A stretch of DNA of 64,000 nucleotides from an uncultured Schumannella sp. (GTDB taxonomy: Bacteria > Actinomycetota > Actinomycetes > Actinomycetales > Microbacteriaceae): the NCBI GenBank assembly GCA_964586645.1, contig CAZPJC010000001.1, forward strand, positions 2,361 through 66,360, in the 5' to 3' direction. Below, piece after piece: positions 1 through 8,560 of the stretch. The notes below the pieces were generated by a model. It was not told the DNA's origin, made no database searches, and was given only the letters and a program-made list of their open reading frames with translations. The number at the start of each line of letters is the position of its first letter. Position 1 is the first letter of the stretch. The translations under genes and the position numbers were made by a program.

Positions 1-19
1 GCGCGTGATCGCGCCGGTA

Positions 20-63
20 GCTCGGATGGTCGCAGCGGGAGTTCGACTCTCTCGCCGAGCACT
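20..63 (+). ncRNA. tRNA-like minihelix element (acceptor-like stem plus T-arm, no anticodon arm)
   Basis: GCTCGG(20-25) pairs with CCGAGC(55-60). CGGGAG-TTCGACT-CTCTCG forms a T-arm with a TTCGA loop. Copy at 38669-38712. Confidence 0.4.
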
Positions 64-84
64 GTTCCACGAAGGGAAGATCGT

Positions 85-447
85 ATGGCGGCAGAACTGC
101 CCTCGTTTCGCTCGCCCAGAGCGCTCCTAGATGCGTACAAGAGAGGCGCACGGTTCCCGATCCAGTTCTCAAAGCACGCGCTCGAGCGCTACGTCGACAT
201 GCATCTCTCGAAGGATGAGGTCGCAGAGTGCGTGCATCGTCCCGGAAGCGTCACCTATCAGGAGAAGTACGACGCCGTGCTTCTGAACCGAGACCGGATC
301 ACTGTCTCGGTGAAGCTCGACGAAGAGGGACGCCCTTTCGCGGCAACGATCCTATGGCGCACCAACTCGCTCTGGGAAGCCGCTGCCCGGGTGGGCAAGT
401 TGGGCGACGGCCGGCACCTGCGGCATCTTCCGCACCTACCCGCGTAA
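85..447 (+). CDS. Small protein, DUF4258-like (possible RelE-superfamily-like fold)
   Basis: FSKHALERY...LSKDEVAECV motif resembles DUF4258 proteins; GAAGGGAAG RBS upstream. Confidence 0.5.
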   Translation: MAAELPSFRSPRALLDAYKRGARFPIQFSKHALERYVDMHLSKDEVAECVHRPGSVTYQEKYDAVLLNRDRITVSVKLDEEGRPFAATILWRTNSLWEAAARVGKLGDGRHLRHLPHLPA

Positions 448-486
448 CACCTGAACCGTGCCATATACGACAACAAAGGAGGCGGC

Positions 487-1212
487 ATGACTGCTCGCAT
501 CGTCTACGAGTCGGATGCCGTGACTCTCTGGCACGGTGACGCGCTCGAAGTGCTACCGACCATAGAGAAGGAATCTACTGGGCTGATCCTGACCGATCCG
601 CCGTACGGGGTTGAGTGGCAGTCGAACACTCGTGCCGAGTCGTTCGGGATGCTGATCGGTGACGGGCAGGATGACCGAGACGGCATCCGCGACGTACTCA
701 CCCATTGCGTGCGGATCGTCGGGCAAAACCGACACCTGTACATCTTCGGCCCCGCCGATGTCATGGAAGGCCAGAAGGTCTCCGAGATCGTGGAGTTGAT
801 CTGGGATAAGGGCACGATCGGTTCCGGCGACATGACTTCCTCATGGGGTCCGGCGCATGAGCGGATCTCGTTCTGTGTGTCGAAGTTCCGACACGCCGGA
901 CAGTCCGGTGCAACGTCCGTCCCGACGCGGCTCCGCAAAGGTTCGGTGCTGCGCTTCACGAGACCGACCGGGCGCAAGGTCAGGCATCCGTCCGAGAAGC
1001 CTGTCCCGCTGTTGTCGGAACTCATCGAGTCATCGACCCGTCGCGGTGATGTCGTGGTGGACCCGTTCGCCGGGGTCGGTTCAACGGGTGTCGCCGCGAT
1101 CCTCACGGGCCGTCGCGCCGTCCTGGTTGAACTGGATGAGCGGTGGATTCCCGTCGCTATCGAGCGGCTGCGTGCCGCCGAGGCTGCCGCCGACCTCGCG
1201 GCCACCGCTTAA
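487..1212 (+). CDS. DNA N6-adenine/N4-cytosine methyltransferase (beta class)
   Basis: TDPPY motif IV, HPSEKP, DPFAGVGST SAM-binding motif I; AAGGAGG RBS. Confidence 0.92.
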   Translation: MTARIVYESDAVTLWHGDALEVLPTIEKESTGLILTDPPYGVEWQSNTRAESFGMLIGDGQDDRDGIRDVLTHCVRIVGQNRHLYIFGPADVMEGQKVSEIVELIWDKGTIGSGDMTSSWGPAHERISFCVSKFRHAGQSGATSVPTRLRKGSVLRFTRPTGRKVRHPSEKPVPLLSELIESSTRRGDVVVDPFAGVGSTGVAAILTGRRAVLVELDERWIPVAIERLRAAEAAADLAATA

Positions 1213-1450
1213 GCATCTATCAAGTAGTTCTCTACAGGATTCCGGATCAACGCTGAGGAAGCGTCCGGATACGCAGACAGTCGACGGTGGGCTCCTACTA
1301 CGAGCCTCAGCCCTGCGGGAGCAGCCGAGTCGACGACCTTGCGGACACAGGGGTGGCCCGCCCTGGGTTAGCGCCGAAACGGGCACTCTCTACTCCCTCG
1401 CGCGATGCGAGGTAGAGCCGCGTGATGCGGCTGAGCGAAAGGAGAGGCTG

Positions 1451-1822
1451 ATGCCTCGAGAACGAATCATCGATGGTCCGCTGTGGGCACACTACCCAAA
1501 GGGCTATACCGAGCCGGGTGACGGGCCCAACCCGTCCGCCCGCATCTACCGCCCTGGCGACGAGGTTCCCGAAGGAGCCGCAATCTACCAGGACCCGTCG
1601 GCAGACCTCGTTTGGCAGCGAGAGGACCGGCCGGGTGCGGGCACAGGCTGGGTGCAGCTCACGGCGGAAGTACCTCGCGAGTGGGCACAGAGCCGCATCG
1701 CGGAAGCGACCGAGGGTCGGTACGTGCAGATCCCGTTCGAGGTTCTTGATCGCCGCGCACTGAACAACCTGATCCGTCTGCTGAAGCGCGCCCGTGACGC
1801 GGCGTATGGAGCCGACGAGTAG
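1451..1822 (+). CDS. Hypothetical phage protein
   Basis: ATG after AAAGGAGAGG RBS within the longer 857..1822 frame. Confidence 0.65.
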   Translation: MPRERIIDGPLWAHYPKGYTEPGDGPNPSARIYRPGDEVPEGAAIYQDPSADLVWQREDRPGAGTGWVQLTAEVPREWAQSRIAEATEGRYVQIPFEVLDRRALNNLIRLLKRARDAAYGADE

Positions 1823-1994
1823 TTCCCCGAGGGAAGTCCATCCCAGCGGCCCGAACGCGAAAACGGACAACGTAAACGATGCTTTCCACAATCCTCTCTA
1901 GTGGAAGCGATCGTTTACACAACCGGCGGCATCAAGTACGACCCCCGTCGTCGCCGCCCAGTGTGACCCGCTGCGAAGTGGTCATCCCCCCACC

Positions 1995-2040
1995 GAGAGG
2001 CGGGCAGTCACCCCCGACTGCCCGCCTCTCCTTTCTCTTT
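1995..2040 (+). terminator. Intrinsic terminator-like hairpin
   Basis: gagaggcgggcagtc / gactgcccgcctctc, a perfect 15-bp stem followed by ctttctcttt. Confidence 0.7.
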
Positions 2041-2049
2041 GGAGGTGGC

Positions 2050-2415
2050 GTGACCGGAAGAGAACCGCCGCACTGGGCGGCGCACAGGGACCCCATCGCG
2101 AAGGAGTGCGGGATCCAAGTCGTGAGCTTCTCATCGCCGATACCGCCGATGACGTGGTGCCACTACTGCGGGTTCCTCGCGCAGAGCCGCGACCACATCA
2201 TCCCCGACTCCATCGGTGGCGTAAGCACTTGGTGGAATCTCGTTCCCTCCTGCCACGACTGCAACGGCGCTAAGGCCGACAGGCAGGCGTGCTCCTGCCT
2301 CTACTGCCTGAGAGCCATCGCGCTCTGGCATCTCGGGTTCCGATCCGAGACGAAACGCAACGTCAAGAAGAAGAAGCCGAAACGGGGCTGGACAACCCAG
2401 TCCGTCAACTACTGA
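2050..2415 (+). CDS. HNH endonuclease
   Basis: CHYCG...DHIIP..GG...NLVPSCHDCNGAK; GTG after GGAGG. Confidence 0.85.
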   Translation: MTGREPPHWAAHRDPIAKECGIQVVSFSSPIPPMTWCHYCGFLAQSRDHIIPDSIGGVSTWWNLVPSCHDCNGAKADRQACSCLYCLRAIALWHLGFRSETKRNVKKKKPKRGWTTQSVNY

Positions 2416-2425
2416 AGGAGCCCAC

Positions 2426-2740
2426 GTGTCCATCGCCAGAGCAACCGACCCGCAGACCAGCCACAACGCCGGCAGGAACAAGCGGGATGTCCGCGCCGAG
2501 ATCCTGGCCGCGTTCAAGCGTCGCCCCGTGAAGGGATGGACCGACTTCGAACTCGAGGCCGTCATCGTCGACAAGACCGGCGTTAGTCCTCAGCGGGTCC
2601 GCACCGTCCGATCCGAACTCACCGGCTGGACACACTCCGAAGAGCTGGGGCGCAAGGTCCTCCTCCCAATCCAGCCCGTGTACGGGCAGACCAGGAAGAC
2701 GCCGCGCGGCTTGAACGCGCAGGTGTTCCGTCTCGCCTGA
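2426..2740 (+). CDS. Hypothetical protein (possible winged-helix DNA-binding protein)
   Basis: ARATDPQTSH N-terminus typical of a phage family; AAGGAG RBS. Confidence 0.7.
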   Translation: MSIARATDPQTSHNAGRNKRDVRAEILAAFKRRPVKGWTDFELEAVIVDKTGVSPQRVRTVRSELTGWTHSEELGRKVLLPIQPVYGQTRKTPRGLNAQVFRLA

Positions 2741-2904
2741 TGGTCTGCTCCATCGGCATCCGCGAGGTGCGGACGATCACCTGCGACGAGCCCGGGTGCG
2801 GATTCGAAGACAACACGGCGCTGACGCAGCGCCAGGCCGAAGACATCGCGGATGACCACGAAGCGGGTCACGCCGGCATCTACCACGAAGGAGAAGACGC
2901 ATGA
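2740..2904 (+). CDS. Small Cys/His protein (54 aa)
   Basis: Read manually (MVCSIGIREVRTITCDEPGCGF...). TGATG and ATGA overlaps with neighbours. Confidence 0.6.
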   Translation: MVCSIGIREVRTITCDEPGCGFEDNTALTQRQAEDIADDHEAGHAGIYHEGEDA

Positions 2905-3089
2905 GCGCCGACAAGAACGACAGCATGTTCGTAGAGCGTCGGCGTCCCGACAACGTGACCGTCTTCTACTACGAGCACGACTGCGACTGGATCTCAAAGT
3001 ACTGCGAGGAGCACCACCGCAGGTACGCCGTCATCCCTCGATCCTCGCTTCCGAGTCCTCACGTCGGCGGAGACGGGATCGCGCGATGA
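2901..3089 (+). CDS. Hypothetical protein
   Basis: RBS plus ATGA coupling. Confidence 0.65.
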   Translation: MSADKNDSMFVERRRPDNVTVFYYEHDCDWISKYCEEHHRRYAVIPRSSLPSPHVGGDGIAR

Positions 3090-3373
3090 GCAAGAACGAT
3101 AGAGTGCCCAACTTCCCTCGGGTCGAAGAAATCGCGCAGATCATCGCGGACCACTACGACGCCGACCTCGGACTCGCAGACGAAGCCCCGCCCAGCCAAG
3201 CCGACATCGCCCTCGCCCGGAAGATCCGCAACCGCTTCTACCAAGGCGTCTACTTCACCAACCTCTCCGACGTCCACGGCCTGTCCCTGTTCGGACGCCG
3301 GCTCATCGGAACCCTCCTGATCGGCGTCGTCGCGCTGATCCTCATCCTCACCACACATTGGAGCGCCCAGTGA
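3086..3373 (+). CDS. Hypothetical membrane protein
   Basis: MSKNDRVP start coupled to the upstream stop; C-terminal hydrophobic segment. Confidence 0.65.
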   Translation: MSKNDRVPNFPRVEEIAQIIADHYDADLGLADEAPPSQADIALARKIRNRFYQGVYFTNLSDVHGLSLFGRRLIGTLLIGVVALILILTTHWSAQ

Positions 3374-3603
3374 GCGTCATCGATCAGATCCTCGCCAATC
3401 ACATCGCAGTCACCCATTACGTCTCCGAAGTCATCGAGCAGATCGGGCAGGCGGAGACGTACACGCGGCGCAGCAACTACCTCGAGCCGCCCACCGAACC
3501 CGACATGTCGGTCATCAACGAGTTCCTCGACAACCTCGCCCGCATGGAGGGCTACTACGAGGACACCGCCGTTGAGGAATCCCGTGGGGTGGATTCGCTG
3601 TGA
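3370..3603 (+). CDS. Hypothetical protein
   Basis: GTGA-coupled on both sides. Confidence 0.6.
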   Translation: MSVIDQILANHIAVTHYVSEVIEQIGQAETYTRRSNYLEPPTEPDMSVINEFLDNLARMEGYYEDTAVEESRGVDSL

Positions 3604-4193
3604 GGGTCCTGGTTGACATGGATGGCGTGATCGCTGACTGGGGACGCGCCTACGGTGAATCCCTCGACCTGTTCGGGGAGGATGCCGCCGCGATCCCGCG
3701 CCACAAGGATCAGCGATCGTTCGACCTGCACGCGGGTCGAACGGAGCGTGAGAAGGCGCTGATCGGTGCCGTCATGGTTGAGCCCGGGTTCTACTCCCGG
3801 CTCGAACCGATCGAAGGTGCCAAGGCTGCGCTCAAGGCGATGCTCAAGGCGGACCATGACGTGCGAATCGTCACGTCGCCGTGGGTCTCGAACCCGACAT
3901 GTGCGAGCGACAAGCTCAACTGGATCGTCCAGCACTACGGATCCCACTGGGGACCGCGAGTCATCATCACGGCCGACAAAACGCTCGTGCGCGGCGACAT
4001 CCTGATCGACGACAAGCCCGAGATCCACGGTGCTGTCGAACCGGAGTGGGAGCACGTCCTGTTCGACCAGCCCTACAACCGTGAAGTCGTCGGAAAGCGG
4101 CGACTGGTCGACTGGCCGGCGTGGCGCGAACTGCTCGCCGGATCACCGTTCGCTTCGACTGAGGCGCTTGTGGAGTCGGCGGTGCTCGGATGA
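3600..4193 (+). CDS. 5'(3')-deoxyribonucleotidase (NT5C, HAD family)
   Basis: VDMDGVIAD motif I, IVTSP, K..W, GDILIDDKP, LFDQPYN. Confidence 0.9.
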   Translation: MRVLVDMDGVIADWGRAYGESLDLFGEDAAAIPRHKDQRSFDLHAGRTEREKALIGAVMVEPGFYSRLEPIEGAKAALKAMLKADHDVRIVTSPWVSNPTCASDKLNWIVQHYGSHWGPRVIITADKTLVRGDILIDDKPEIHGAVEPEWEHVLFDQPYNREVVGKRRLVDWPAWRELLAGSPFASTEALVESAVLG

Positions 4194-4543
4194 GCGAGGT
4201 CCGCACCACGTCGCGCACCGGAGGCCAGAAGGGCGTCAAAGATGCCCGGTTCGACTTGATCCCGGTCGGCGCACTCACCCAGCTCGCCGAGCACTACGGT
4301 GTCGGCGCGGCGAAGTACGACGACAACCAGTGGCGCAAGGGCTACGAGTGGTCGAAGTCCTACGCGGCCATGCAGCGTCACGCTACGGCCTGGTGGGCGG
4401 GCGAGGACATCGACGAGGAGACCGGCTCTAGCCACATGGCCGCGGTCGCCTGGCACGCCTTCACGCTGCTCACCTTCATCGCTGAGCACCCGGACTTCGA
4501 TGACCGGTTTGTGCGAACACTCCTCAGTTCGGAGACGACATGA
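4190..4543 (+). CDS. dATP/dGTP diphosphohydrolase-like protein (DUF5664)
   Basis: GQKGVKDARFDLIP...GAAKY...W.KG...AMQRH...GEDIDEETG..H.AAVAW. Confidence 0.8.
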   Translation: MSEVRTTSRTGGQKGVKDARFDLIPVGALTQLAEHYGVGAAKYDDNQWRKGYEWSKSYAAMQRHATAWWAGEDIDEETGSSHMAAVAWHAFTLLTFIAEHPDFDDRFVRTLLSSETT

Positions 4544-4869
4544 GCGACACCATCGCCCTGCACGACGGCACAATCCTCGAGGGCGTACACCCCGAGGGAA
4601 CCTGCTACGGGCCGAACTGCTGCATCCACAACCCGTCCGATCACCCACTGAACACCGCGCCGCTCGCGTGGATGGGTGAGATTCGCGCCATGTTCCGCGT
4701 GTGCGAGCACGGCTTCATGCACCCTGACCCGGATGACCTCGCGTTCCTCATGGCGACATGGCGATTCATCGACGTGGAGGCGATCACGAGCGTTCACCTC
4801 ATGCGGGAGAACTGCGACGACTGCTGCCAGCGTGAACCTTCCAGTGCTGTACCTGATCGGAGCGAGTGA
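4540..4869 (+). CDS. Cys/His-rich hypothetical protein
   Basis: CYGPNCCIHNPSDH...CEHG..HPDPD; ATGA-coupled. Confidence 0.75.
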   Translation: MSDTIALHDGTILEGVHPEGTCYGPNCCIHNPSDHPLNTAPLAWMGEIRAMFRVCEHGFMHPDPDDLAFLMATWRFIDVEAITSVHLMRENCDDCCQREPSSAVPDRSE

Positions 4870-5021
4870 TGGACCCCTGGCTGGCGTACTGCATTCGGTT
4901 GCAGGAGGCAGCATCCGTCGAGTTGGAAGCGGCTCGTATTCGCCTCGACGCCGCAACGAAACTCGTGCGCGACGCCGAGAAGCAGACATCCGCAAATGCT
5001 GTACCTGAGGAGACCCCGTGA
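4869..5021 (+). CDS. Small hypothetical protein (50 aa)
   Basis: Read manually (MDPWLAYCIRLQE...); coupled overlaps on both sides. Confidence 0.55.
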   Translation: MDPWLAYCIRLQEAASVELEAARIRLDAATKLVRDAEKQTSANAVPEETP

Positions 5022-5743
5022 AGCCCTATTACGAGGATGAAAACGCGACCCTCTATCTGGCCGACTCGCGTGAGGTGCTGAGCAGCCTCGAGCCCGCTGA
5101 CCTGCTCGTGACGGACCCGCCCTATGGGGTCGAGTTTCAGTCGAACCGACGTGTCGACCAGTTCGAGCTGATTGTGGAAGATGACGACCCTCTCGGCGTC
5201 ACGACGCTCGTGGGCGAGGTCATCGCGCGGAACTTGAAGCGATACCGCCACGCCTACGTCTTCGGACCTCTCGACTTCGGCCCACTTGTCGAGGCAGGGA
5301 TCGTGCAAGAGCCCGTCGCGCTGATCTGGGACAAAGCGATGCTCGGGATGGGTAACCTGCAAATCCCTTGGGCATCGCAGCACGAAGACATCCAGTTCAT
5401 GGTCGCCGTCAAGAGCAAGGCGAACGTAGCCAAGGGTGAAGGTCGGCTGACCGCTCGACTTCGACGCGGGAACATCCTGCGGCACCAGCGGCCGCACGCG
5501 GCTGGCGTATCCCGGCATCCCACCGAGAAGCCGGTCGCCCTACTGCGGGAGTTGATCGAGGCGTCGTCGTGCGTGGGTGAAACCGTGCTCGACCCGTTCG
5601 CCGGTTCAGGCTCGACTCTCGTCGCAGCGGCGCTCGAAGGGCGCAAGTCGGTCGGCATCGAGGTTGTCGAGAAGTACGCCGAAACCGCTGCTGCACGCCT
5701 CGTCGCGCTGCGCCCGCATCTCGAAAGCCTGAGGACCGCATGA
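5018..5743 (+). CDS. DNA N6-adenine/N4-cytosine methyltransferase (beta class), paralog of 487..1212
   Basis: TDPPY, HPTEKP, DPFAGSGST. Confidence 0.92.
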   Translation: MKPYYEDENATLYLADSREVLSSLEPADLLVTDPPYGVEFQSNRRVDQFELIVEDDDPLGVTTLVGEVIARNLKRYRHAYVFGPLDFGPLVEAGIVQEPVALIWDKAMLGMGNLQIPWASQHEDIQFMVAVKSKANVAKGEGRLTARLRRGNILRHQRPHAAGVSRHPTEKPVALLRELIEASSCVGETVLDPFAGSGSTLVAAALEGRKSVGIEVVEKYAETAAARLVALRPHLESLRTA

Positions 5744-5774
5744 AGCAACTATCTAGCCGTGCTGGTGGTGACTC

Positions 5775-6047
5775 GTGAACGGCCTGGCCGAACGCATCGA
5801 GGATGCCACCCGGGATCGGTTCTCGTTCCGCTACCCGACGAGCGACATCGTGCACCGCGCATCGTGGAAACACGGTGTCGGTGGAGGTGGGCGCATCGTC
5901 GCGGACTGCGGCCGCGTCGTCTGGCCGGTGAGCATCGACGACCTGCCCTTCGCGCAGTCCTCAGCGACGTTCGGAGAACCGCCGACGTGCGCCCGGTGCA
6001 TCCGCGTCGAGGAACGTACATCCATCCATAAGCAGGAGGAATCGTGA
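5775..6047 (+). CDS. Hypothetical protein (possible Zn-binding)
   Basis: VH...CG...CARC; GTGA-coupled downstream. Confidence 0.6.
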   Translation: MNGLAERIEDATRDRFSFRYPTSDIVHRASWKHGVGGGGRIVADCGRVVWPVSIDDLPFAQSSATFGEPPTCARCIRVEERTSIHKQEES

Positions 6048-6262
6048 ACATGCCCAAGGGCTACGAGCCGCGCCCCATGAACACTCCGGAAGAGATCGCC
6101 CGGGACGTGCGCGATCTACTCCTCCGGGGAGCGGCACAGCACTACGTCGCCAGCCTCACTCACTCCCTGAACTACGGGCATGTCTCGGACGCATTCCGCG
6201 CCGGGGCCGAGTGGGAGCGCACACGGACATCATCAGATGCTGCCCCTGGCGGTGTGTCGTGA
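6044..6262 (+). CDS. Hypothetical protein
   Basis: GGAGG RBS; ends AFRAGAEW plus junction tail. Confidence 0.7.
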   Translation: MNMPKGYEPRPMNTPEEIARDVRDLLLRGAAQHYVASLTHSLNYGHVSDAFRAGAEWERTRTSSDAAPGGVS

Positions 6263-6678
6263 GCGACATGGAGAAGGCGATCCTGGGCGCGCTGGCGATG
6301 CGCGAGAAGCACGGGCGGCACATGCACCACGCCGAGTGCATCCACAACCTCACGCCCGCGGAACAGATCGAGATGCGCGGAAAGTCCGTCGAGTGGTGGA
6401 TGACCGTGATCGGTTCGATGCCCGTCCAGATCACCCCGGACGACTGGGAGATCGAAGCGCCGCACCTTCTCGGAGGTACAGCATCACCGAGTAAGGACAC
6501 TGCCATGGAATCGACCGAACTGCTGACCCGGCAGGAGGGCCGCTGGACCGTCAAGGCGACCGCCGACGCCACCCACGCCTGCATCTCGCGAACCCGCGAC
6601 GACGGACGCACCGAGATCATCACGCTCCGAGCCGACACCCTTCGGGCCATCGCAGAACGTCTGGATGCCAGCTCGTGA
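6259..6678 (+). CDS. Hypothetical protein, apparent in-frame fusion of two small genes (internal RBS and ATG at 6505)
   Basis: GTG start coupled at 6259; junction site 6474-6501 then AAGGA..ATG, in frame. Confidence 0.6.
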   Translation: MSDMEKAILGALAMREKHGRHMHHAECIHNLTPAEQIEMRGKSVEWWMTVIGSMPVQITPDDWEIEAPHLLGGTASPSKDTAMESTELLTRQEGRWTVKATADATHACISRTRDDGRTEIITLRADTLRAIAERLDASS

Positions 6679-6908
6679 CCGCATACCGTTTCTGGACGCT
6701 CACCTGCGACACATGCGGGGAGGTCAGCGATGCGGGCATGTCGCGGACCACCTATCAAGCGATCGTCTTCGCTCGCTCCGAGGGATGGGTCCGCTACAAG
6801 GAAGGGCGCCTCGACCGTGACCGCTGCGGCAAGTGCGCCGGCACTCACGAGAACTCGCCCACCTTCGGCTCGCTCGTGCCCATACGTTCGGATACTGCGA
6901 ATGGATGA
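6675..6908 (+). CDS. Zn-ribbon hypothetical protein
   Basis: CDTC...GW...CGKC. Confidence 0.7.
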   Translation: MTAYRFWTLTCDTCGEVSDAGMSRTTYQAIVFARSEGWVRYKEGRLDRDRCGKCAGTHENSPTFGSLVPIRSDTANG

Positions 6909-7053
6909 CATCTGCGCTGACGCCACCGGCCCAACGCGCATCGCCTGCCAAAAGCTGCCCGACCACAAGGGGGAACGCCACGGGTTCGACCTGGGGTTTA
7001 TGAGTGCCGCGTGGGGCTACGTGCCGACCGAGAGTGAGTTGCAGAAATGCTAG
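6901..7053 (+). CDS. Small hypothetical protein
   Basis: MDDICADATG...C...DH.G.H; overlaps the upstream stop. Confidence 0.55.
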   Translation: MDDICADATGPTRIACQKLPDHKGERHGFDLGFMSAAWGYVPTESELQKC

Positions 7054-7055
7054 GC

Positions 7056-7190
7056 ATGAAGTGGGAGTGTGCCTGTGGTTGCTCCATCGAGGTGACCGGG
7101 CGGGACGAGAGTTCTCGGAACGCGGTCGCCGCCTACAAACATGAGCACGCAGGGCATGAACGTATGAGTTCTCTACCTGAGGAGGAATGA
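7056..7190 (+). CDS. Small Cys/His protein (44 aa)
   Basis: Read manually (MKWECACGC...HEHAGHE). Confidence 0.55.
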   Translation: MKWECACGCSIEVTGRDESSRNAVAAYKHEHAGHERMSSLPEEE

Positions 7191-7456
7191 TGCCGTACTA
7201 CGCCGTGAAGGGTGAGCCCGAAGAGGGCTTCTACGACATCGAGGAGACCGACGAGGGCTTCCGGTGGACGTGGGGCGAGGTCGCCAAGGGCGAGGCGTTC
7301 CATGACGTCGGCAAGTGGCGTGCGACTCGGGCCGAAGCGCTCGAAGACGCAGCCGCAGACTGGGATGACAACGGGACGAGGTACACGAATCCGCGCCTGG
7401 CGGGGATGCTTCGGGCTCTCGCTGAACGAGCACGTGGGAGTAGTTCGAATGGCTGA
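7187..7456 (+). CDS. Hypothetical protein
   Basis: GAGGAGG RBS; ATGA-coupled. Confidence 0.7.
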   Translation: MMPYYAVKGEPEEGFYDIEETDEGFRWTWGEVAKGEAFHDVGKWRATRAEALEDAAADWDDNGTRYTNPRLAGMLRALAERARGSSSNG

Positions 7457-7727
7457 CCGCGACGCCGACCTCCTGTCGGCCTTCATCAACTGGAACGTCT
7501 ACAACGGCGCTCCGGGGGCTGGGCAGGCGATCTACAACTACGGGGGCAACCCCTGGCTGCACGAGCGCATCGAATCGTTCTTGAAGGACTACGCGGCCGA
7601 GCAGTACTTCTCCGAGATGGAGCGGATGTTCGGCACCGACGCGAAGCTCATGCAGGCCGTCAAGCGCGCTCGGGGCGACCTCGCCGGAAGGCGTTTACGC
7701 GAGAATGTAGGGAGCACCGATGAGTGA
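7449..7727 (+). CDS. Hypothetical protein
   Basis: MADRDADLL start overlapping the upstream stop. Confidence 0.65.
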   Translation: MADRDADLLSAFINWNVYNGAPGAGQAIYNYGGNPWLHERIESFLKDYAAEQYFSEMERMFGTDAKLMQAVKRARGDLAGRRLRENVGSTDE

Positions 7728-8019
7728 CGTCACAGATCGAGTCGCTGGCTTTCTGGTAGCTCGCGAGGAAGTTGTGCCACGCGGTTACGACATCCCCGTA
7801 GTCGACATGGACTTCGGCTCGCGCGGCCACGTTCGGCTCACCGAGGGAGACCTCCGCGAGACTTTGCGACTCGCGCTGCTGGTCGAAGAGATGCGCGGCC
7901 TTTCCCACCGCTATGTGCTCCCTGGCGTCTTCGCCGACATTCTCTGGGACGTGACGGACGAGAAGCCGTCCGGCGACCCTCTATCCCCTGATGCTCGTGT
8001 AGGAGATCCTGATGACTGA
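7720..8019 (+). CDS. Hypothetical protein
   Basis: GGGAG RBS; 8-bp overlap. Confidence 0.65.
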   Translation: MSDVTDRVAGFLVAREEVVPRGYDIPVVDMDFGSRGHVRLTEGDLRETLRLALLVEEMRGLSHRYVLPGVFADILWDVTDEKPSGDPLSPDARVGDPDD

Positions 8020-8338
8020 GTACGAATCCCGGCCCCGCCCGGTGGAGGTTATGCGCTGGGACGGGACCCTCGCGGGCGCTGAGCCCATCATGGAGTGGAT
8101 TCGGTCGAAGGATGAGGTGGTCGTCCTCGAGAAGCGAGGCGCACCGAACCCGAACACTTGGAACAATGCCCCGTTCCGCGAGAACTACCTGCACATCGGG
8201 GACTACCTCAACGCCTCGAAGCGGCATTCAGTGATCGTGTACGACCCCGCCCGCGGACACCGCACGATGGGCGACGGGGACTTCGACTGCTACTCGGAAG
8301 AGGCCTTCGCTGAAGAATTCCGAGAGCGCACTATCTGA
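8012..8338 (+). CDS. Hypothetical phage protein
   Basis: Y..RP..VE.MRWDG N-terminus common in small phage proteins; AGGAG RBS. Confidence 0.7.
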   Translation: MTEYESRPRPVEVMRWDGTLAGAEPIMEWIRSKDEVVVLEKRGAPNPNTWNNAPFRENYLHIGDYLNASKRHSVIVYDPARGHRTMGDGDFDCYSEEAFAEEFRERTI

Positions 8339-8360
8339 GCATGTTCGACTTGGAGGAACG

Positions 8361-8483
8361 ATGAGCTTCACCATCTACCCGTGCGATCGCGGGACCGGAA
8401 CACCGCAGGGCTGGCACAACTTCATCCCGAGCGCGTGGATCGTCGTTTGCTCCTACTGCGGCAAACGACCACCCCGTACCTGA
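8361..8483 (+). CDS. Small Zn-finger-like protein (40 aa)
   Basis: GGAGG RBS; C...H...CSYCG. Confidence 0.55.
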   Translation: MSFTIYPCDRGTGTPQGWHNFIPSAWIVVCSYCGKRPPRT

Positions 8484-8560
8484 ACGCACCCATATCCGTC
8501 GAACTGTAAGAAATCGGCCCGATTCTTTCAATGTCCGGCCCACATGCAAAGGAGAGTGAC

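Noticed and set aside
11-63. Canonical tRNA gene
   Set aside because: No anticodon arm and too short; kept only as a tRNA-like element
1250-1285. Hammerhead ribozyme (CTGAGGA plus hairpin)
   Set aside because: The required GAAA and stem III/cleavage triplet are not in the right place
3600-4543. Z-genome (2-aminoadenine) pathway
   Set aside because: No PurZ and no dedicated DNA polymerase in the genome
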